Source of the DNA: Octopus sinensis | Lineage: Eukaryota | Length of the DNA: 33,000 bases | Direction: 5' to 3' | Assembly: GCF_006345805.1 (NCBI RefSeq) | Contig: NC_043004.1 | Location: 54,002,001 to 54,035,000 of the forward strand | Part shown: positions 1 to 9,289 of the stretch, one piece after another | Position numbering within the stretch: position 1 is the first letter of the stretch | How the letters are laid out: every line of letters begins with the position of its first letter | Translations under genes and position numbers: made by a program | Notes under the pieces: generated by a model | Seen by the model: the letters and a program-made list of their open reading frames with translations, nothing else | Database searches by the model: none | Told to the model about the DNA's origin: nothing

Positions 1-32
1 CTATCAGTCTCTTTTGCCGAACCGCTAAGTTA
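1..32 (-). mobile_element. Fragment of tRNA-derived SINE 3' region, cut by window edge
   Basis: Reverse complement TAACTTAGCGGTTCGGCAAAAGAGACTGATAG matches the SINE body seen at 28213-28230 (taacttagaggttcggcg) and, more loosely, the copies at ~25640 and ~29590. Confidence 0.6.
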
Positions 33-40
33 TATATATA

Positions 41-686
41 TTGTGTTGAGTCAAACGTTTTGCAATATTTTGGTAACCTATTAGCAATTTTCTTTAAGTT
101 AAAACAAAAGCAGACTCGTTTCAAGTTTCTGAAATCTGTTCTGGGTCGTTCGAGCGGGTATGAGGTCCTGCGTTGTTATGTTGTGGAAGAGATTGCTTTC
201 TGATAACCAAAGCCGGGTATTTTTGCCGCACAATAGCATTTATTGAATCCAGGTGCTCGGAGTACATGTTTGTATCGATGATTCTACTGTGCAGAACAAT
301 ATTATAGTTAATTAAGTCTTCATAATTCCACCAGACCCAGAGCAACACATGTTTTCGAAACACCCATGTTTGGCAAAAATTCCGGAATTTGGCCCTTGCT
401 TAACCATACTTCTTCACCTTAGGTTTGCGGATGAATATCTTCCTCTGGTTTTTGCTTGTTCTTATCCATCGCTCACTACCTGCGATCGCAACACTTCCTC
501 AATCAAAACATCAGGGACGGAGTTCTTTGCCTCGAAGAAGAGGATCCGGTGGAAGCGTGGGATCAAAGAACTGGTATAAAGGTGGCTTCAGAGTGTGCAA
601 CACAATGGCCTCTACTTCGAATGCCAGGCTGTTCTTGTAACATGACAAATAAAGGCAAAATACAGCCAACCTTTGACTCAACACAA
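41..686 (-). mobile_element. Internally deleted mariner (Tc1/mariner) element with both terminal inverted repeats
   Basis: TTGTGTTGAGTCAAA (41-55) and TTTGACTCAACACAA (672-686) form a perfect 15-bp inverted repeat, each flanked by TA. The minus strand encodes frameshifted mariner transposase pieces: GSERWI (~GDEKWI), WLSKGQ.P, KHVLLWVWWNYE (~KKVMLCVWWD), HNNAGPHT (~HDNARPHT) and ARTTQN. Confidence 0.85.
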
Positions 687-699
687 TACATATGTATAA

Positions 700-791
700 T
701 ACATACGGAATATATACATGTACGTACACTCACATATACACACGTACAAACACATACACAAATACACATACATACACATACATATATATAC

Positions 792-832
<41 letters not shown>

Positions 833-868
833 TATATATATATATATATTATATATATTATATATATA

Positions 869-914
<46 letters not shown>

Positions 915-952
915 ATATATTTATATATATATATATATATTATATATATATA

Positions 953-1010
<58 letters not shown>
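700..1010. repeat. Compound (CA)/(TA)n microsatellite
   Basis: Direct inspection; source of the YIYIYI ORFs. Confidence 0.95.
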
Positions 1011-1011
<1 letters not shown>

Positions 1012-1052
1012 CACACACAGAGACACTCACTCACATACACATGCGTGTGTGT

Positions 1053-1348
1053 GGAGCCGCGTGGCTTGGTGGTTAGGGCATTCGACTCACGATCGTAAGG
1101 TCGTCAGTTCGATTCCCGGCGACGCTTTGTGTCCTTGAGCAAGATACTTTATTTCACATTGATCCAGTCCACTCAGATGGCAAAAATGAGTAGTACCTCT
1201 ATTTCAAAGGGCCAGCCTTGTCAGACTATGTGTCCCGCTGAAACTCCCTGAGAACTACGTTAAGGGTAGACGGTGTTTGTGGAGTGCTTAGCCACTTGCA
1301 CGTTAACTTCAAGCTTTTCCGTTGATCGTACCGTCGTCATACCGTAGT
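1053..1348 (+). mobile_element. tRNA-derived SINE, copy 1 of a tandem duplication
   Basis: Pol III A box TGGCTTGGTGG and B box GTTCGATTCCC, then a CORE-like segment TGTGTCCTTGAGCAAGATACTTTATTTCAC. Homologous head and core occur at 22325 and, on the minus strand, 29125-29455. Confidence 0.85.
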
Positions 1349-1366
1349 ATATATATATATATATAT

Positions 1367-1439
<73 letters not shown>

Positions 1440-1494
1440 GGAAAGTTTATATATATATATATTATATATATATATATATTATATATATAATATA

Positions 1495-1591
<97 letters not shown>

Positions 1592-1635
1592 ATACACACA
1601 CAGAGACACTCACTCACATACACATGCGTGTGTGT

Positions 1636-1929
1636 GGAGCCGCGTGGCTTGGTGGTTAGGGCATTCGACTCACGATCGTAAGGTCATCAGTTCGATTCCG
1701 GCGACGCTTTGTGTCCTTGAGCAAGATACTTTATTTCACATTGATCCAGTCCACTCAGATGGCAAAAATGAGTAGTACCTCTATTTCAAAGGGCCAGCCT
1801 TGTCAGACTATGTGTCCCGCTGAAACTCCCTGAGAACTACGTTAAGGGTAGACGGTGTTTGTGGAGTGCTTAGCCACTTGCACGTTAACTTCAAGCTTTT
1901 CCGTTGATCGTACCGTCGTCATACCGTAG

Positions 1930-1930
<1 letters not shown>
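1636..1930 (+). mobile_element. tRNA-derived SINE, copy 2 of a tandem duplication
   Basis: Nearly identical to 1053-1348 at offset 583; I see one substitution (gtcgtc/gtcatc) and one 1-bp deletion (ttcccgg/ttccgg). Confidence 0.85.
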
Positions 1931-2018
<88 letters not shown>

Positions 2019-2051
2019 GGAAAGTTTATATATATATATATATATATATAT

Positions 2052-2182
2052 AAAGGGAAAGTTTACGAAAATAAACAAAAGACGAAGGTGTGTGGTATAC
2101 AAACAAACAATGTATCAGTATAGCGCTCAGGAATAGAAATAGTTTATTACGTTTCGAGCCTACGCCCTTCGACAGAAAGATT
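2052..2182 (-). mobile_element. Probable Penelope-like element (PLE) terminal/pseudo-LTR fragment with degenerate hammerhead-like motif
   Basis: Minus strand reads TCTTT CTGTCGA A GGGC GTAG GCTC GAAAC GTA, then a ~100-nt tail ending in (TA)n. A hammerhead motif followed by a tail abutting TA repeats is the established PLE terminal layout; the family assignment is inference. Confidence 0.55.
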
Positions 2183-2183
2183 A

Positions 2184-2381
2184 TGTATGTATGTATGTAT
2201 GCATGTATGTATGTATGTATGTATGTATGTATGTATGTATGATGTATGTATGTATGAATGTATGTATGTATGTATGTATGTACGTATGTATGTATGTATG
2301 TATGTATGTATGTATTATGTATGTATGTATGTAGGTATGTATGTATGTATGTATGTATGTATGTATGTATGTATGTATGTA

Positions 2382-2430
<49 letters not shown>
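2184..2430. repeat. (TATG)n plus (TG)n microsatellite
   Basis: Direct inspection. Confidence 0.95.
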
Positions 2431-2431
<1 letters not shown>

Positions 2432-2879
2432 GGGGACCTTGTTACAATTCTTCTTAGGAGATTTGTTGTCAGAAAAGTATAATACATAAATACATATTTC
2501 CGTGCAGACACTGGGAATAACGTTATTGACATCTGTGACCTGGCCGAAAGGGATTTGGCAATTTCATTCCTCATTCAACTTAAAAGTGTAACATTTCTAT
2601 TTTATGACAGATATGAACAGAAAACAATTATATTCTGCTGTCGGCAATTTTATAGACTTATATTGATCGTTTACACACTTTATGTAAAACACTGCTCTTC
2701 GGGCAAATTTGTGCTTGTAGCTAAAATATTATTTACACCTTTGATTTCCAATTCGTGTATTTTTTCTATGTTGTGTCCAATTTATCTTTCTAACCTTTAT
2801 TCGTCTCATAATATTCACTCAATAAATATATTTAGAATAATAGCAAGGACTCAAAGATAGTGTTAGATTTCATGAAGAA

Positions 2880-3058
2880 ATCAAATATTATGTTGATTTA
2901 ATTTAGGAACATAAAAGACTTCAGCTTATCATGTAGATATATATCAGAAGATTTCGTATGACAAAATTTGAATTGTACTGGGGAAAAACTTACTGTAGAT
3001 TCGAACACGTAATTTCATAACATGGGATATTTGTTCTTCATTACTTTTCCGTTCCGTC

Positions 3059-3115
<57 letters not shown>

Positions 3116-3560
3116 CATTAATAGAAGTCAATTACACATGTGCACATATGCAGAGACGGAAAGTGTTAATATTACTCATCATCATAATCTTATGAACTAC
3201 GATAACACGAGAGCTGATCTCAACAAAGGAATTAACTGTCGAAAATATTTAACAGATAACATGTTCCTGTCCTTATCATTTGCGTTAGTAATCTACTAAG
3301 ATGGTTATGTCTTTTAAAACATTATGCATGGCTATCACATATTTTAGTTGAAACATAATGGGTTTTTAGTCGCTAGAATTGACGTAAATTTGAACCACTT
3401 TTTCTACTTCAACATTCTCTTTCTTAAAAAAATCCAACAAATATGAAAGAATTCTGGAATCAATATAATTTGACTGACGCTGGATAAAACTCATAGTTTG
3501 GAGACATGCTTTTAGTGATATGTCTGCAGAAAGTAGCGTTATAAAGTGTGTGAAAGTGTA
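2880..3560 (+). mobile_element. Degenerate pogo/Tigger-like DDE transposase relic interrupted by (TA)n at 3062-3113
   Basis: Collinear decayed motifs: LYWGK (~PVYW..N), KVLILL...DNTRA (~K.LL..DNAPG), MFLS....DG (~FLPPNTT...DQG), VMSFK (~VI..FK), MKEFWNQYNLTDA (~LKEFWK.YNI.DA). Many stops and frameshifts. Confidence 0.45.
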
Positions 3561-3892
3561 AGAGAGGGAGAAATGACAAAAAGCGTAGACTATCTTACTA
3601 TTAATTAAAATTAATGTTCTCTATTTAATATTTTCTTTAATAAATACGTTAAGCAACAATTGACAAAAATATATTGAAATCAGAATTTTTTAAGAATCTT
3701 TTAGACAGCGTAGGCATTAATAATTGCTTTATTTACTAAAAGTTGCATAATCGTGTCTAAATTGTATGTAGCTTTCTTTATCGTAGTATAGATGGTTGCC
3801 TTTTGGCTGTATAAAGAAAGCTTCGTGAAATCTTTATTCTGTAGACCTCATGTGGCTGTAGCAGTAATCTGGTTTTTTGAGGAACAGCGGAT

Positions 3893-4055
<163 letters not shown>

Positions 4056-4439
4056 TGTCCGATATATGCAATAGAAATATTAAATTGAAATCGCCATCTA
4101 TGTATCATAGTAAATATAAATATGTTAATGGCAAATTACTGCAGTATTCCTATAAATACATAGTTGTGCTGTTTTTCAAAGTATAATATATATCGGAGGG
4201 AAAAGAAAACAGCCAAGCAGCGACTACCGGGGATGGTTTTGTATTCAATTGCACAGGGCGTTACCACGTACGCCAAACTACATACTTGGAAGACATTCGT
4301 CGCCTCCAGTATAGAGGAAACGATGCATAAACAACCATTTCTCCCATTGCCTCTGTTTCTATACCTATCGGACACAGCAAAGTTTCTTGTGATCATACGA
4401 TGTTTTTCAATAATATATAACTAATCACAACTAAAATAG

Positions 4440-4633
4440 TATCAAAGCAAAAACCAGTACCATCACAGCCAACACCACCACCACCATCATCATCGAGACG
4501 AGTCAGCACCAACGCCACCGCCAGTAATGATCATCAATAACAGCACCAACACTGCCACCTAGCATTTACATGTCTTCGAGTGTGAGCATATGTATGTGTT
4601 TATCATGTATTACTCTATTTACATCCACTTGCA

Positions 4634-4684
<51 letters not shown>

Positions 4685-4698
4685 ATGTGTGCATTTGA

Positions 4699-4729
<31 letters not shown>

Positions 4730-4740
4730 AGTGTGTGTGG
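4440..4740. repeat. Decayed (CAC/CAT/CAA)n low complexity followed by (TA)n(TG)n
   Basis: Direct inspection. Confidence 0.8.
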
Positions 4741-4744
4741 AAGA

Positions 4745-5060
4745 TACTGGGGGACTGACACCAAACTTTGGAATTGAGAGTTATACTAGACCTCGTGTTG
4801 GACGTCACTACACAGTTCCAAATGTATCAGCTGTCTCAGTCTCATCTAAAGTGAGAAACATGTGCTGCAATAGCTTGGGATTCAAGGGCCCACAGCCACT
4901 TAACTCCTTACCAAAATATCTGAAGAATCTCCATGAGGTGGGGGGTATATTTTTTTTCAAGAAACAACTTGCTATCCAAGATCCTAGATGAACCGATATC
5001 AAGGCAGGAAACTCAAAAGTGGGCAGCGGTATCGAACTCCCTCCTTCACCAAAAGCTAAT
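4745..5060 (+). mobile_element. 3' end of a CR1/L2/Jockey-group LINE ORF2
   Basis: Translation NSLGFKGPQPLNSLPKYLKNL...FKKQL, then after a frameshift ILDEP...AAVSNSLLHQ. This matches the C-terminal pattern NSF..RGP.LFNSLP..LRN...FK..LD....DEP....AA.SNSL. Confidence 0.7.
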
Positions 5061-5131
5061 CACAAAATTATCCAATTAAAAAGGTGATTGCACTTCCGTG
5101 CCCCATCATTTAAAAGAACAAATCGAACGAG

Positions 5132-5270
5132 ACCAACTATGCGAAACTGTACGTTGTCTACGTTGAGGCCCAAATATTCTCACGATTCACTGGTTCCACT
5201 CCCGAAATATACGATCGTTATATTGATGACTGTATCGATGCGACCTCACTCCCCCGCGTGTATTTAGTTT
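5132..5270 (+). mobile_element. Penelope-like reverse transcriptase fragment
   Basis: Frame from 5132 reads TNYAKLYVVYVEAQIFSRFTGSTPEIYDRYIDDCIDATS, with the catalytic YIDD at 5219-5230 and the PLE-type NYA.L....E motif upstream. Confidence 0.8.
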
Positions 5271-5725
5271 GGGAGGCTCTCTCAAGAGGAATCGTGGTAC
5301 ATAAAACCACATGTAATTATATCGTTGGTAGACGAGAATCAGCTGTTGCGACAGCTGGAACAGCCAAGTCATGTAATTTCATCCTGCTATCGGTTCCTCC
5401 GCATACACACGTATATACATATATATATCAATGCATAGATATATGGATATGGATATACATACCTATATGTGTCTGCTAGTGTGTGTGTATCATATATGTG
5501 TGTTTCTGTATTTCAGAGACTATAAGAATGTAGCTTGTGTGTCTATGAGTGTACCCTAAATTCCATCTGCATACAGAACATACTTACTAAATTTCCCAAT
5601 ATAAAGCGCTGGTATATAAGCTCTCACACTCATCCTTGCATCAGTTGCTTGTTACATTATCCTCCTTCACTGAAATCTACTTTTCTCTTTGACAAACACG
5701 CTATTTTCCTCATTACTTCAATGAT

Positions 5726-6388
5726 ATAAGAGGATGCGCCCAAAGCCTCCACCGCTTGAAACCACTTTATGCGAACGTCAGGCGTTAGTCTGCCAAGCGT
5801 TATCGTCTGATGTGGTGTGTCTTTGTTTTGCAGTGCCCCTACATATTAATCGAAACTGTATGCTTCCGTGAAATTCTTTTTTCTGCTGGGGAAAACGAAG
5901 GCCGAAACTGTTGTCATGCACCAAACCGCTTACAAGAATGCTAGAACGCTGCCATGAGTAAAAACACAAGTTTACAAGTGATTTTCACGCTTTCAGAATA
6001 GTCACTGTCGCTTGAAGAACAACCTCGTTCAGGGTGAGTGTCGACCGCCTGAACTGATGAAAGCATCAAGAAAATTCATAAACTGATCGTGGAGGTCCGT
6101 CGCAGAATAATTGACGAACTTGCTGATAGACCAAGTGTGTCCTGGAGCACCTGGTGATGAAAGCTGTTACTATAGAATTTGAAGATGGGGAGCAGATGAA
6201 GGAAAATAATGACCGAGTCGTTAAAAGGCATCACTTCGCATCACTGTTTCGAACTGTGTAAAATGTGTCCGGACCGATGCCTTGCTCCAAATGGAGAATA
6301 CTTTGAAGGCGATATAAGTGTAAAGGGTTAAACTAAGTGAATAAAATAATATTACAAAATTCCGGTATATTTTGGGTATCAGTTCGTG
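5726..6388 (+). mobile_element. Internally deleted mariner transposon relic
   Basis: N-terminal HTH pieces YASVKFFFLLGKTKAETVVMHQTAY, TQVYK*FSRF and SLEEQPRSG...TDESIKKIHKLI are joined almost directly to the C-terminus RCLAPNGEYFEGD (~6301-6313). The DDD core is deleted and the TIRs are only weakly similar. Confidence 0.8.
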
Positions 6389-8364
6389 ACGACAGAGCAA
6401 CGTCCAAAACGTCGAACGTTATTCTGCTTGCAACTTGAAATTAATTCGCTTATATTTCGGTGTTTTCTCTTCACGGTTTCGTCACTGTAATGTTTTGGAT
6501 ATTCAAACTGTCATAATGGTCAGATACCTGACATCAATAACACTTGACTCTATTTATATTATAATGAAGCCTCCTCAGGGAAACCATATCGGCGCTGTGC
6601 TCTATTCCTGTACAGGATTTTAGTAATAACTTTTACTTGAAAGAATATGTAGTTGGTTTTGATGTTTGAATAATAGTTCTGGAAATATTCAGATGAAGAG
6701 ATGAAAGTTGGCAACTCGAGCTAATATTCGGCGATAATTTTCTATTGCTTTCAGTTTAGGCAACAATAAATATGAAGTGGCTGTTAAAAACTGTGCACAA
6801 TGCTGGTGTTAAATAGTGTAGTGACTCTTTATAATGCTTGTATAGTGGATATAAATGTTTTCGGCAATTATAATTTTCTATAATCAATAAATCGCATTCT
6901 ATTTACATCGTCAATGTATTAATGGTTAAAAATCAATAAGTCAAGTGCTAATAGGCAGAGCCGAAGCAGCGTGAACAAAAGAGGTGTTACTCAGCTTGAA
7001 CCTACACCAAGTTCATTTTGAAAAGCAACTACAAGTCACCAAGATAAACGAATTAAGAAGAAGAAAAAAAAGAAAAAACTCAACCACATAGACACAACGT
7101 TGAATGCGGAAATATTTAAATAGCAAGCTAGATTTAATTATAATAAAGTGACATTTTGAGACAACGTGCTCGAATTTAACAAATCTAAATGCAGAATATT
7201 TTTAAAGAATAAGTTTAGAACTGAAATTTAAAAAAAGCTACATTTTCGCCAAGTTTGAAAAAATTAAAACCGAACACTCATTTACTTGCCCCATATCGCT
7301 TTGGTTATCAACAAAACAAGGCGAGTGAAATACATACAAATGCAGAAACGTAATAAAGCTTCGTGCAAAGGTGTTGGTGGAATGCGTAGTAGATAGAATA
7401 AAATGTCAGCAATATAGATAACCTACCAGTTTCTAGAAGACGATTAAATAGAATTTCAATATTTTCATTCAAATAAATGTGTCATTAGACTTAAAAGTGA
7501 TGCTACTGCAAAAAGTTATTTCCTCAAATTCATTTACGTAAAATAACGGAATTTCATGTAGATAGTTTGAGTATTTAGAAAGATATATCTGCAGCTTTTG
7601 GAGCGAATATATCTGTTCTTCCTTTGTTCTTGATTATCTAAGAGAATTTAGAATATAAAAATTCGTTGCTATTGTCCTGATTTCGAAGCACTAACAGTGA
7701 AATGTATACTTGTGTACCTCAAGGGATTTGTAGTTAAATGTTTCGCTAAGATTGTCTATGTTATTTAATCAAGACCCCTAACTGCATGATATACGATTTA
7801 CTATTTGAATTACATGAATTCTCTATGCAACTTTATTAATACATTCTGAAGTATTCTGGATATCATTATGGTAAGTGTTGACGTGTCTACTTGAAATTAA
7901 TAAAAATAATTGGGTTCTATCTGTGAAGGCACTCTTTTATATTTTCAGCAACATCAACAGACGAATATTAGGTGGAACATACGGTATACTTTTCAATGTC
8001 CATACATACTTTGATGAGGTTCATTTTGGAATATTCAGAAATGTAAAATAACACGTGTTAAAATTCTAAGCAAAATGAGTCCATGATGAATAACATAAAG
8101 TTCTAGATTGTCAATGTTATTAAGCATTTCGAGGGTTTTGAAAACTTGCAAATTTACAGATTTCCACAATCACATTTATTTCAATAATAAATTTTTGTAG
8201 GATAAAATGTTCGCATAATATTCAGTTTAAGTGATAAAACTGGACTATTGAATCTAATATTACGCGATAATTTTCAATTGCTTTCAGCTTTGGCATCAAG
8301 AAATATGAAGCAGTTGTAAAACATTGTGTAGTAATGTTAAATAGTGTAGTGACCTTTGGTAATA

Positions 8365-8540
8365 CTTGCAGAGTGGTTTCGTCAGTTTTTATGTTCTGAG
8401 TTCAAATTCCGCCTAGGTCGGCTTTGTCTTTCATCCTTTCGGGGTCGATAAATTAAGTACCAGTTATGTACTGGGATCGATCTAATGGACTGGTTCCGTC
8501 CCCCAAAATTTAGGGCCTTGTGCCTATAGTAGCAAAGATT
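8365..8540 (+). mobile_element. tRNA-derived SINE (5'-decayed)
   Basis: GTTCTGAGTTCAAATTCCGCC..GTCGGCTTTGTCTTTCATCCTTTCGGGGTCGATAAATTAAGTACCAGTT, shared with many copies in this window. Confidence 0.85.
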
Positions 8541-8652
8541 ATTGCAGATTGAAGATGAAAGTTTTTTGCAATTATTCTTCCTGTAACTTAAATATTTGGT
8601 AATATTTGTCAGGTATGTGTAAATAAATAAAAGTTTGTTTTTTTTTTTTACT

Positions 8653-9029
8653 AAAACTGAAAGCCAAATTTGTGTTAACATATTTGTAAACTCGATAAAG
8701 TGAAGCAATCTTTCAGAAGCAGAAAAAGAACAGCAAATATACATCGCATTGGAAATATGTCCTAAAGCAAAAATCCCAAGTGGAACTGACAAAATTTTCC
8801 GATTGCATTATTAATGGAGTCACCTTGCTATCAGCGCAAAAGCTTTAAAGGTGTTAATGCGATTTCCAGCATTATTTTTAAGTGAAAGTCTTCTTTTTTT
8901 TTACTAAATTCAATGACAAGGAAAATATTTGAAATAGATTTTATGTAGAAACTGACTTACAAGTAACATCCATAATTCCAAATATTAAGAGACACTGTAA
9001 CCAAAATGTAGGCATCTCAGTGTCATTAA
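8653..9029 (+). mobile_element. hAT (Charlie/Buster-like) transposase C-terminal relic
   Basis: NLSEAEKEQ (~LS..E.EQL), SAKALKVLMRFPALFLSES (~SKKALKVLLPF.TTYLCES) and NRFYVETDLQV.SI.PNI..HC (~NRLDVE.DLR..LS.I.P), ending near ...CH* at 9029. These are hAT dimerization-domain patterns. Confidence 0.7.
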
Positions 9030-9289
9030 CGTTTCATGTTTTAGCAATGAAGCTTGATTTTCTAGATTTTTAGGCACTAAGCAGATAAAAGTATCTACAT
9101 CATGCTGGCACATATTCAATTTAATATCTATGTACAGCATGGCATAATTATCATTTAAAAGTTCTTTTAAGCTTCAAAATTGCTCCCAATCAATGCAGTT
9201 TATGTGTGCAAAAGTTTAAGAGGTCATGGTACTGATTCGTTGTACGTGTTTAGCAGAGAGTTTGCTGTGTAAGTTGTTCCATAAAAGTG

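Noticed and set aside
1058-1122. tRNA gene (also other SINE heads)
   Set aside because: A and B boxes are present but no complete cloverleaf forms, and the sequence continues into SINE body, so it is a SINE head.
692-2574. Long ORFs rich in YI/HT/CV/MYV (also at 3800-4100, 18768-19219, 23769-24884, 29500-30270, 31656-32391)
   Set aside because: These are translations of (TA)n, (CA)n, (TG)n and (TATG)n repeats, which lack stops in some frames.
6053-6075. CTGATGAAAGCATCAAGAAA as a hammerhead core
   Set aside because: There is no stem II or cleavage triplet, and the sequence is mariner coding sequence (TDESIKKI).
7871-7948. Perfect-looking 78-bp intron (GTAAGT...TTTTCAG)
   Set aside because: All three upstream frames stop within about 60 nt and no acceptor supports a real upstream exon; no coherent gene model results.
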